In this document: positions 22,615-34,101 of the stretch, in pieces
How the letters are laid out: every line of letters starts with the position of its first letter
How positions within the stretch are numbered: position 1 is the stretch's first letter
Origin: Eukaryota sp. TZLM1-RC
Taxonomy: Eukaryota > Protista > Metamonada: BaSk clade
NCBI GenBank assembly: GCA_040285825.1
Contig: JAUPSS010000004.1
Coordinates: 4,307,784 to 4,371,783, forward strand
DNA length: 64,000 bases
Direction of reading: 5' to 3'
Position numbers and translations under genes: made by a program
The notes under the pieces: generated by a model
Told to the model about the DNA's origin: nothing
What the model saw: only the letters and a program-made list of their open reading frames with translations
The model's database searches: none

Positions 22615-23444
22615 CAATTTAAGCAAATACAAAAACCTAAATTGACATACCCTCAAAGTTTCCTTATGTGAGTGTATTTATTCTTTAACAAGGATTTTAG
22701 TGTTTGGTATAAGAAATTTCAACTCAGTATGAGGAAACTTAGGGTAGTCCAATCTCAAAGAGTCTCGCGTATTGTTCAGATTTCCAGTTTAAACCCATCT
22801 TTACAACAATTGAATTCATCCTTTATTCTGTATTAATATTTTTTGCATACTGAGATTCGAAAACATACAGAAAATGAAGCAAATACAAGATATTCTGTAT
22901 TTGTATCTCCCAAGTATGGATTTCAGTAAGAAATAAAAACAATATTTTGTATTTGAATATGCCTACAGCAAATGATATCTGAAAGCTAGGTATAAATTGA
23001 ATAAACGTATCTTAATTGATTTCTACCAGTTTTGTGGATAAATCAAATAGTACTGCGTCAGCTCTGCCGCTGACGAAACCACCACCAACATAACCAAACG
23101 ATGATTTATATACTATTCCATTGACGTTGAGTTGATTTGTTGATGAATAAAAAAAAGATGACATGAAGAAAGTAAAATAGTTGATATGAAAAAATTGAGG
23201 ACAGATATGTGAAATCGACGTCAACATCACTCGACTGTGGAAATTTATTTTGTTTAACTCAATTTAAATCTCAATGTTCCAAGCTATAGAAATTTCTGAT
23301 GAATTTTTCAGAGTTTGACACTTAAAACGTTAAGTGAAAATCTCGAACTAGAACAGCTGAACCACAAACACTGTTTAACACATCATCTTCATGCATTCTG
23401 GTTGGTTTCAGTTAGTCAATTTGAGTTTGAACTCAGAAATAAAA

Positions 23445-23517
23445 TGCTTCTTGTGAGGATCGAACTCACGACCTCAACATTATGAGTGTTGCGCGCTACC
23501 TACTGCGCTAAAGAAGC
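23445..23517 (-). tRNA. tRNA-Met (CAT), identical to the 7489-7561 copy
   Basis: Same 73-nt sequence with unrelated flanks. Confidence 0.95.
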
Positions 23518-23888
23518 TTTTTCAAATGTAATGTAGGTAAGGTACCGAAGAATTGAATGTATTTTAATTCTACAACAATGTTTGCTCCCATTCTGTACGT
23601 TTCTACCAAGACCCAGCTGTGGGATGTCTAATGCAATATCAGACAAAGCCAAAGATTTTTAGATATGTTGCTGAATGTAGTCGTTAATTAAAGTTGGTAA
23701 AACAGCACAATTTTTGTGAAAGCTTCAAACTGTGCCCTTGATATTCGTGGATTTATCACTTCAGGAATATACTAATAGTTTCAAAATGGAGAAGCAGATA
23801 AAAAAACATGTACTGGAGGAGAGTTTGCGAATGTGCTTCTTCTGTTCCATTCTCATCGTATTTCGCTGTATTAACTGTAGTAATATTA

Positions 23889-24131
23889 CCGTGTTTCCTA
23901 AAATTTTAGACGCCAAAAAAATTGGGCGATTTGGGCGATCAGAAATAAATCGCCCAATTAATAAGCACCCAATTCTTTCGTCATAATTCTGGCCCTTGTT
24001 TCTAAAAATAGATCAAAGTCTTGTTTATAGATATTTGATATGATATGACAAAAAAGTTGGGCGATAAGAAAAAAATCGCCCAATTAATAGGCGTTTAATT
24101 TTTTTGGCGTCCAAAATTTTAGAAAACACGG
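23889..24131. mobile_element. 243-bp Tc1/mariner-type MITE (CCGT termini, TA TSD)
   Basis: 35-bp TIRs CCGTGTTTYCTAAAATTTTRGACGCCAAAAAAATT (2 mismatches); TA on both sides; two internal TTGGGCGAT-N9-ATCGCCCAA palindromes. Confidence 0.9.
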
Positions 24132-24587
24132 TAAAAGCTCTTTTTCCTCAAGTTGAAAAACCTTAGTGCCGTGACACTCTTTTTGAAATTTTTTTCAAAA
24201 TTTGAACTGACTTAAATATCAAAACAATTTTGAAAATTGAGTTCAAACTGTTTTTCCAAATAGTCAAACACCTTCTGTACACTAACATATGTCTCCTAAA
24301 CCAGCAAATCAACTTGTTAACAAAGGTGTCTTTGATGGAGGACCCATAATTGTAAAAGTAGACAGCCGTTTTTGTGATAAAACAATGAAGAATTGAGCTA
24401 GACGCTTTGCTCCACATTTTATCAACGAAGTGAGGGTCGTTTGTGCTCTTTGTGTAAAGTCTCTTACAAAGTTCGACTATTTTTGCATTCAATGAAGCAA
24501 TTTTAACAATTGATCGTTGGTTTCCCCAGTCACTCAATGGCAAGATACCTCAAAAGATATGTATATGTTCGAACTTTACAAAAAGAA

Positions 24588-26457
24588 TATTTATTAAACA
24601 TACACACTTAATTAAATTAATTCATAACTAATGGGACGAATATCATTGAACCAAGATGTCCTCTACAAAATCTTGATCTGCTTGCTGTCTAGCGAAAGCT
24701 GCTTCTTATTCAATTGAAAAACCGAGATCTATTAATAGTGGCAAATTGAATTCGAGAACGCCATAAAAAATGATAAATCTTTTCATTGCTTTTTCTTGAA
24801 CCATTTTTTGGAAGTCATTCAAAAAAGTTTCTGCTTCAACTGATAATTTTCCGTTTATCGAAAATGAGAAAGCAATAAAAACTAGCTGTGTATTTCTACC
24901 AGTATTAGCTTCTTCAATCTCGTTATCATATTTCCTATGTATTTCTTTTGCTTTAAAATCAAGAGCACTCACAGGATTAAGTTTTCTTCTGTGAACCAAA
25001 GTATCATTTGCAACATTACATGAGACAAAGTCAACAATAGCTTCAGAGTTATCAATCCAATCACAGTATACATCACCTCTATCATCAGAACCAAAATTAT
25101 TCAGAGAAAGTGTTTCCTTCAGCAGGGGCTCTTTGATACACGATATCCTTGCAGTTTGTGCCATATTGAAAACAGTGTCTCTAACAGCATCATGTAATGA
25201 AGAACGATAAGTTATCAATTTAGAACAATTCAGAGCATGGCGCAAAGTGAGTTGAGGTGAATTCGAACAAATAGATTCTTCTTTTGATAATAATTGATTA
25301 ATGGGGATATTCAAAAATAATCTCATTTTTGTTACAAACGCTTCATTAGTAGCACACAATCCAAATCTTGGTGGTACAATGGTTACAAACAGTGAAGAAT
25401 CTGATGACTGGTTTTCACAAACACCCTTTTCCAATAACAATGAGTGAAGATCTTGGTTTGAAACAGCCGAGCTGGAGCAAAATTTATGATTGAAGTTGGA
25501 ACTAAAACACAGTCTTATAATGGTAAATTTGATATGTTTCTGCATATCTAAAGTCATCATTTGGTCAATTTTATCGGAAATTGAGTTCAACTTTTCAAAC
25601 AATTTTTTGGTAATTTCATCATTATTTCCTAAAAATGAACCCAAATGAGGAATAGCATCAATTGAATATAATTTGGCTTGAATTTCAATACCATCAACTA
25701 TTGTAGAAACTGGAGAATTCGATAACAAAACACATTTAAGTAAATTAAGTCATAGGCCAATTTTGGTAAATAATTCTTTAAAACATACAGTTGCTTTTTT
25801 CACAATATTTAAATCACCTATAAGAACAACAACATCCATATATGCAATCATTTTCAGCGAAGGAAACATCTCTTGAATTTGTAATAAAATAGGATGAATG
25901 ACCAAACAAAACAAAAGAGGTCCTAACGGATCTCCTTGCTTTACACCACTTGATGAACTAAAAACGGAATTACCAAAATGTAAATTAGAATTTGTGCTAT
26001 ATGTTGATTAGAAATCCGGCATTAAATCCGGCATATATTGCAACAAAGCACCAAGAATACTGCAACGACTGAGTGAATTGAATGCATTACTAAAATCCAA
26101 TGACATACAAACATTGGATTCATTTTGGCGAACTAATACATCTGTAGCAAATATTGCTGAAGAAACTCCATCAGTGGTATTAATTCCATTTTGAAAAAGC
26201 AATAAATTATTTTTGCTTTTTCATTGAACCTGCTTAAGCAACAAGCAGACAAAATATTATGTATGTTCTCAGAGACCGCAATAGGACGAACATCCATTTT
26301 TGAATTCTTGACAAGTGCAGTCAAACGAGAACTTCTGAATTTTTCTGGATATTTAAGTTGACCAGTCAATATTCTATTAAAAAATTTGGTTAATAAAACA
26401 AGACAAGCCTCTGATGAAATAATTGCGGCTTTTACATGATCAATAGAAATACCAGAA
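24588..26457 (-). mobile_element. Second, 5'-truncated and internally deleted copy of the CRE element at 2700-6003
   Basis: Near-identical RT and REL translations and 3' UTR; lacks the segment between FNH and CSSSAV. Confidence 0.92.
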
Positions 26458-26609
26458 CGTATGAAGATGAAAAATTAGAAAATTTATGGAGCTTGCCTGT
26501 TTGGATCAAGGTCTTTTCTTCGTTCGTTGTTGCTGGAGACAGGTGTACATGACAATCGGATATCTTGATTGTTTTTACTTGTTCAAAAACGAATAATATC
26601 ACTGAATAA

Positions 26610-26896
26610 ATTAATATTAATAATTGAAACAGTTCAAATATCGTTTTCTGTGTCCTGTTTGTTTTGAAAAGGTTGCTACGTTCTTGAGAGTAACAAATTC
26701 CAGATGCTATAGAAGAGAAAAGACTCTTGCTACCACATGTCATGGTTTATTAGCTTGTAACAGTGAGAGTTGCAAACTCAGTAACAAAGGCTCAACAAAG
26801 CTTTTCAATAGACATAAGCTGGCTGGTCTGAATATGTTTGCAATTGCTGAAGCGAGGATGAGTGGTAATGAAAGGCCTCAGTAGCTGTGTAGTAGA
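26610..26896 (+). pseudogene. Fanzor1 C-terminal remnant (RuvC-II end, zinc ribbon, RuvC-III)
   Basis: CPVC..VATFLRVTNSRCYRR...CHGLLACNSESC...LFNRH.LAGLN...GNERPQ*L matches the Fanzor1 pattern C..C..NPRP.RR..HGLL.C..C..WNRD...LN..RP.YL. Confidence 0.8.
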
Positions 26897-27183
26897 TAGT
26901 TGTTGTAATTATTCTGCACGAAAATTGATCGTGTATTTATGGGAATTTCCCATTATTCAGCTTATCCAAGGCAATCAGCTGTCAAATAAAGATTTATAGA
27001 CAACAGCTGACGGAGAGAATTGATGTTTGAAAGAATTTCAAAGGTCAAAGGCATCTCAATAGGTCAGAAACACAAAAAAGAGATTAGGGAGGGATTAGGG
27101 AAAAAAAGGGATTTGTATTCAACCTAAAATTCAACCACAGAATAATTTCCCACATTCACTCATTAAAGACAATATATGTAAGA

Positions 27184-28221
27184 ATGGTATCACCAATACA
27201 TCAACCTCCACTTACATTTGACGAGATCCTTCCTAATGCCACACACATGATTCTTTCTACGTATTTCTCAGCTCTGTCTTGTGCAGAATCCAATTACCCT
27301 GTTGAATACTCTGCTGCCGTTAAAATTCAATCCTTATGGCGACGACATCGTGCACGATCCTCATTTTTCTCTCTCAGGTCTTCTACAGTACTTGTTCAAC
27401 GTCTAATCAGAGGCTTCTCAACTCGTAAACTTTGCCTCAAACTCAAGTCCCAACATCAAGAAAACGTCCTCACCCAACAGAAACACTCCGCTGCTACTCT
27501 TATTCAACGACATTTCAGAGGGTACCAGTCTCGTAAACATAAAGGGGATTTTTATAAATCTAAGGCTTTATTAAACTCAGTGATAGAAATTAATTCCAAG
27601 ACACGGGCTGAATTACAATCTTTAAGTGAAAAAAACCAGCTTGAACAAGAGTTAATCACAAAGGAAAAGGAAGAAACGCAGTTTCTCCGCACTATAAGTT
27701 GTCAGCATCATTTGTTATCCACTGCCTGTCAAGCAGGAATCTATAAACCCCCAATCAAATCATCAATCAGTGATGATGTGCCTATTGAGGAACTCATCAA
27801 TCAAAACACACGTGACCAGCTCAGAAAACCAAAGAAAAGGAAGATTAATGTTGAAAAATTCCGACTAGTGGTAACGGAAGCTCCTCCAGGCCCTTTTTTA
27901 GACAAATCTGTTGTCGATTACTTAAGGAACAAGCCCAATCAAAGTACCATTAGGACAGCAGAGCCTTTTGAAATTGAAAAAAGAAAATCTAATATTGAAC
28001 GTGTTGTTAATGATCAGTTTATAAAGAAGGTTCATAGTAAACTCTTTACAAATGTCTCCAAGCCAAAGCCAATCACTTTTGAACCAACTGTTCGGTGCTC
28101 TGATTCTTTTAATGACAGTAGACCAGCGTTTTCAAGGGGGAGATTGCTCACCACAAAGCCAAAGGAGACGTTCGATGAAGCTCATGAAGAATTTAGAAAA
28201 AGTAGGTTATTAAAAAGCTAA
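27184..28221 (+). CDS. SPATA17: IQ-motif protein, SPATA17-like (cilia/flagella associated)
   Basis: Three IQ motifs (IQSLWRRHRAR, VQRLIRGFSTR, IQRHFRGYQSR), a coiled coil, then HHLLST. Confidence 0.7.
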   Translation: MVSPIHQPPLTFDEILPNATHMILSTYFSALSCAESNYPVEYSAAVKIQSLWRRHRARSSFFSLRSSTVLVQRLIRGFSTRKLCLKLKSQHQENVLTQQKHSAATLIQRHFRGYQSRKHKGDFYKSKALLNSVIEINSKTRAELQSLSEKNQLEQELITKEKEETQFLRTISCQHHLLSTACQAGIYKPPIKSSISDDVPIEELINQNTRDQLRKPKKRKINVEKFRLVVTEAPPGPFLDKSVVDYLRNKPNQSTIRTAEPFEIEKRKSNIERVVNDQFIKKVHSKLFTNVSKPKPITFEPTVRCSDSFNDSRPAFSRGRLLTTKPKETFDEAHEEFRKSRLLKS

Positions 28222-28253
28222 GGAAAAAATGGAAAAAAAATGTTGTAATTTAT

Positions 28254-30316
28254 TTAAAATAAATCAAGTTTATTTAAATATTGAGTGAATTCGTTACAAA
28301 AAGAATCATTTGCAGATTTAATTGCACACAATTCAAGATCATCTCTTAATAACTTTAATAAAACAATTAATTCTGACTTGGAATTTTCGATTGTTTTTCT
28401 TACGATTTTAAAAATTAATTTTCTGATAACTTGATCTTCTGAATAGTCGATGGAAAGTTCTAACAAATACTTGAAAAATTCAACAATTATATCAGAAAAG
28501 AAGAAAGAAAATCCAAAACGAAAAGAGAGAATTTGCAAACCTCAGAAATAAAATCAAAACTTGAATTAAATTGCTTTAATTTCTCCAAGTTGATGTAAAT
28601 TAAATCTAACAAAAGAGAATTGGAAGGCTGAAACCAGTTTAGTTGGATAACTTTTCGAATATTTTTCAACAATATAAAACAAATTTCAGAATCATTTGAC
28701 TTTGACAAAATGCTTTTAGACCCAAGTAAATATTGCTTGACTTGCTTTACACTTTTAACATTCATTTTTTTAATAATCAGGCCCAAGGTCGTAATCAGAG
28801 CAGGCACATGATTATTATCATGTAAAATTGAATTTAAAACCGAGAAACAATTGACTGATTGAAGATAGACAACTCCATTTGAAGTATTTAATAATATTGT
28901 AGAAACAATCTTACAAACGCCAATAATTGCTATACTATTACAATTAAATTCAACATCTGACTTTAAAATTGAATTGAATAGGTTCCAAAGTATTTCAAAT
29001 GTTTTGGAATTGTGGAAGAATGATTGGATTAAAACAACATGAAGGGAAATTAGAAAAGAAAGAAACTCGCATAATAATCCAAACAAATTGATTAAAAAAT
29101 AGACTTTTTTTAGGCTTTTCATTGGTTGAGTAATTCCAGAATGAATTAAATTAAACAGATCAGAAAAGCAAAGTAACAGAGAGCTTTCTTCAAGTGTTAT
29201 AAAGATGCAGGGAAAACAGCCAATAATTTGGGAAATAGAAGAGATCAGCGAGGAAATCAGAGCAAAATTTTGGGGTTTTTGACAATGAATAGCGTGTCTA
29301 CAGACTTTCAGCACCTGAAATAAAGATTTAGCAACTGAAAATTCAATTGAACCAACAAAAACCTCACCATCTTCAGTTAGTTGAATAATAAAATGAATTA
29401 ATGATAGAAAAGACGCTAAAGCTTGAATATTGGATTCAGACGTTTTCAAAAATAAATCAAACAGAGTAGAAATGCCATCAAAAGAAATAAAATTTTGTCT
29501 ATAATTGGGATCACTTTGAAAATTTTGACGAATCCTGACAATTGACCTATTCATTGAAGACTTCAACCCATTCAGATCTTCTTGTACAACATTCCTTGCT
29601 GAAAACACCCTTGCTCTACTTCCTCTGCTGTCACTTCTAGGAGTGGAGGAGTGACGGGAGAGTGATCGTAGAAAACCAGTGGAAGGACGGGAAGAGTGGA
29701 GAGGAGTTCCAGGAGGGGGTACGGGACCTGTGAACGAGCAGGGTTCAGATGACGTGATTGATGACGTGGCGATGAGTAATGCTTCGTTGGTAATACCCAG
29801 CTCTGGATTGATTGACGAGTATTGCGGCAGTGGCAGATGTCTTTTAGAGCATGGGAAAGCTGGAGAGACTTGATGGTGGGAGGATCGTTTTATCCATCTG
29901 GGAGAGTAGAGAGAGAATCGGTTAGAGGAGATTGATAGGTTGGATGATTGAGAAGGGTAATTACGAGAACTGGACAACTTACGAGTGGTTGAAAGGGGCA
30001 GAGGGGATGGTGGAGGTAGATGGCCAAATTGAGAAGGAGAAAGTGAATGTGGAGATGTAGAACATTGAAGAAAGACATGACCATTGTTGTTGATCTTGGG
30101 TAGGGTAGATGATTTGGTTGGTGTTTTCATTGTTTTTGAAGGTGTGAATGGTTGTGACGAACATTTTTCTAATGGAAGATGAGGTACTGTGATGTGAATA
30201 TTAGCAGCTGAAGATGAAGTATTTTTAAGAGAGTTAGGCGGTGGTATGTTGAGAGATATTGAATAGAGAGCATCCTGGAGAAAGTACTCATCATCAGAGC
30301 TTTGGGGAGATGACAT
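28254..30316 (-). CDS. Hypothetical protein: S/P-rich N-terminus plus alpha-helical (ARM-like) C-terminus; frame break near 28500
   Basis: A 609-aa ORF continues in the overlapping 28254-28538 frame; one extra T in a T-run (or a 71-nt GT-AG intron) joins them. Confidence 0.7.
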
Positions 30317-30681
30317 CGTCAGAAATTGACATCGGCTAGCAGCACACTAATGCCAAATTGCAATAACCTGTTGAGATTACTGGAGTTGATGAAATATATA
30401 TAATTCTAAAACTATACTTTTTTTTCAGAACTAACATTTGTTATTTATTAAAACTATACTAGTACCTTTTGTAAAAAAAATACTAGTACCCAATGTTAGA
30501 ATTCCGAACGTTCGCAACCCTTCCGAACGTTCGGCCGAACTAGTTTTTGTTCATTTACACGTGTCAACACAGTTTTGTTTAAAAATGTTTTCCAAATCCC
30601 TATTTCAACTACTACAATAGATTTCATTGTTTAAAAATCTGTATTCATACATAAATCCCTTCTTTACATCAACTTTCTTCA

Positions 30682-32480
30682 ATGTCAAAGCACCCTGTTT
30701 ACAAACTTCTAGACAACCTTAATTACGATAAAGTGTCCAAAAATATTTCTTCACAGTGCCGCTGCTGCAGTAAAATGCTAAAAGGTTCAGCCCGTCGCTT
30801 TTCCTCCCATTTCATTAAGGAGTATAGAGCTGGATATGCCTTATGTACTGAATTATCCACCATTTCTGTCAAGGATATAAACACTGTCCGTGTTCTGATG
30901 CTCTTCCTGCTCCCGCAACTAAATCTTTGGAAAGTCCTGCTCCTCGTCTCAAACAACCGCGAATTATTGAGGCAATAAAGGACTGCGAAACAAAAAGATT
31001 TCAAACAAAATGCAGACGAAATTCTCACTAAATGGAAATGTGCCTCTGGAGTTTCATTCAATTCTGTTATGCTTCCTGAATTTAAGCAGTTTGCCGACTT
31101 TTTATCCTCGTCTCACTACCTTGTTCCTTCTGACACTTATTTAAACAATAAAGTAGTTCCAGATATCAAAAACGGTCTCGAACAAGAATTATCTGGTTTT
31201 TTATCGTCTCTGACGAATGCAGGCTGTACACTTGTTTTTGGAGGTTGGAAGGATGTAAATGGTTCATTTTTATTAAATATTCTTTTGGTAAGCAACACTT
31301 TCTCTTTCTTTGTAAAATCAATAAACATATCTGATGAAAATAAATCTGGTTATACACATTATTTAAAATTGAAGGAAGTTGTTGATTGTGTTGGCCCAAA
31401 TTTAATTACTCATATTGTGTCAAACAGTGCCACCAATTGCCTTTCCGCTTGCTCACTCCTTATCGCCGATTATCCTCATATTCTATTTTCTCCTTGTGCC
31501 TCTCATACTTTGGATCTCCTTATTGAGGACATGTGCAAACTGCCTAGTTTCAACAAAATCATTAGCGATTGCAAAAAGGTAGTAGATTTTATCCGCAATC
31601 ATACCATTATCAAAACCAAGTTGGAAAAAGTAGCTGGTAAAACACTGATGCGACCTGCTGCTACACGATTTTACACACAATTTCTCATGCTCAGTCGTCT
31701 TCAAGACTTAGAACCCAGTGTCAAATCGTTAATCAGCTCGCCTACCATTGAACGGCTTGTTCGAGATGTAGGCGAGCCTCTTATGTCATCATTTAGGAAG
31801 GTAAAACTCATTGTAGGAAGTATTGAGTACGACTTTTGGCAGTTGCTTTCCCCACTTATAACCTACTTAAAGCCATTAGTTGGTCTTTTAAAACTCACAG
31901 ACTCCATTGAGCCTTATTTCTCAAAGATGTACGTAAAATGTCGACAATTACAAGAATACTACTTTCTGAACTCATGGGAAGGAATGACCGACTTTGAAAA
32001 ATACTCTGTCAATGGTAGTATAAATAACCGAATTTTTTTTGAAGCTATTAACTCCAATTTATCTTGCTGCCTACTTTTTCGATCCAGAATACGCTTCAAA
32101 ATTTGAAGAAAGCACTGACGCAGAAATTAACTCTTTCCGAAAAGCGCTGAGTAGTGTTTGTGATGAAAACGATTCCCTGGAAGTTTTTCGAGAATGGCAG
32201 ATGTTTTATACTAAGCAAAACCATTACTCTCAACCAGAAGCATGGAAGCATGCTCCAGAATTGTCGCCTAGAGAATGGTGGTTGATGTATGGTAGTCGTG
32301 ATGATAAACTGAGAAGTATTGCACTGAGAATACTTTCACAGAGTGTATCAACTGACAGTGCTGAGAGAAATTGGTCAGCATATGGATTTATCAAGAACAA
32401 GAGAAGAAACCGTCTCAGTGACAGACTAGCGAACGATCTTGTGTTTATTTTCTCAAACATGAAGCTATTTAAAGGTACTA
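30682..32480 (+). mobile_element. Degenerate hAT transposase (BED-like finger, DUF659-type core, hAT dimerization domain)
   Basis: CRCC...SHF; GW.D; CASHTLDL; ATRF; PIYLAAYFFDP; WW..YG..LRSIALRILSQ..SAERNWS..KRRNRL. Frameshifted. Subterminal CCGAACGTTCG repeats at 30503-30535. Confidence 0.9.
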
Positions 32481-32699
32481 GTAGTACCTTTAAATTTCAA
32501 CTTTTTCATTTTGGAATTCCGGAATTTAAGGAATAATGGAATTCAAAGGTATGCCTGGAACAGACACATTTTAAAACTCAACCAAAAACCTTAACTAAAG
32601 CTTTCACCTACTCAAACCCCATCAATTGAATGACCGGAGAATTTCGCTATTCACTTTCATAGCAACTCGCTTATTTTAAAGCTCCATAATGTTATTCAA

Positions 32700-33420
32700 A
32701 ATGGAGTTAATATAACGAGGAAGACCTGTTAATAACGAAGACACAATTCTTTCCTTCCAAATTCAAGTCAAATGTACGACCACTTCCTTTGAAAAGTTTT
32801 CCTGGATCATCTAAAAAATTGAGACATTCAGTTCCAAGGGTACCAAAAAAGTAAATCTCAATTGGGACAAATTTGATGTTTCTGCCTCTTGCTCTATTAA
32901 GACGTGGAAGAAGGGCCTCGTATTTTGATTTCTTGGAAAGCTCTGCAACTTTGAGTAAAAGTTGAATGTCAGAATTGGAACTTCTTTTCCACGGAGATGC
33001 GGAAGTACAACCGAAAATTAGTTCGGTTCCATCATATTATGCACATTGAACATCACCTGGTTTTTGGCTCAAACTGAACTTAATTTCATCAAACAAAGGT
33101 TCTAAACGAACTAAATAATGAGCACATTTTAACAGATCATAAATACAATCACGAACTGCATTGTGGATAATTGATCTTTTTTGAGTCGATTTACAGCAGG
33201 AAATAATGTGATCAAAAGAAGCATAAGCACCACATTTACATTTCATAATTGATAAGCATTGAAAAGGAGGTAGATTAAGTCTAATTCCCATGATTGTCAA
33301 AAATTGAATATCTGAAAGCAATAGTTCAAAACGGCGAGGAACTTGAGTTATCAAACAAGATGAATTATTTTGAAAAGAATTCGAAACTACACAAAGAAGA
33401 CAAATGAATTTCACGGAAAC
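32700..33420 (-). mobile_element. REL-domain non-LTR fragment, second family (paralog of 53590-54100)
   Basis: CKC..DHIISC..HNAVRD..EP..KPGD; highly similar to the 53592-53948 ORF. Confidence 0.8.
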
Positions 33421-34101
33421 TCTCCGGAGTTGTTAGCAATGTTGCTAATTTGACAGTGATCATGGTTCTAAATAATTAATAATCCACTTCTGTTGATGAA
33501 ATTAAGTAGGCAATTTCAAAACTTGATAATTTCATTTCTTCTTGATATTTTCAGTATACAGTCATCCTCCAATTTCGAAAGTCGAAATTCTGGTTTGTTC
33601 GAACTTTTAGACGATGGAGTTCCAAGATCTCAACTAAAACTATGGAATAATTGGAGATGATTAAGTTTTTTGGCAATGAGGGTATTGTGATCTTTAGATT
33701 CTGGAATGATTCCTGATAGAAATAGCTGGAATTAAAGCTTTGGTTATTACTCCTCTTCCACGTAAATCGTATTAATGTCATCATTGACATTACAATTCCA
33801 TGGACATCCACACTATGTAAAAGTGAATAGTCCATGTCTAAGGAACATTGGTGTTATTTTCTTTTGTATTGTCCAGTTTGTGAGAAACTTCAGATTATTC
33901 AAAGCTAGAGTTCCCTCTTCTATGGTATTAATCAGTACTGAAACAATTGACAACAAGAGTACTCACAAATTAAATGGAAGCTGATCGCAAGAGTGTTTTT
34001 TGTAATTAATTTTCAATAAAGAATTACAAAACAACATCAAAAATCCAACATGATTTTAAACTGATTGAATCGTGACTACCTCCATACTTCCTCCACACAC
34101 A

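Noticed and set aside
27082-27100. Interstitial telomere (TTAGGG twice)
   Set aside because: Only two non-adjacent units in a purine-rich upstream region.
28470-28545. Second non-canonical tiny intron starting at GAG|GTTTG
   Set aside because: There is no in-frame acceptor at 28-33 nt. A single missing T in a T-run restores a sensible helix, so a homopolymer error (or a 71-nt GT-AG intron) is simpler.
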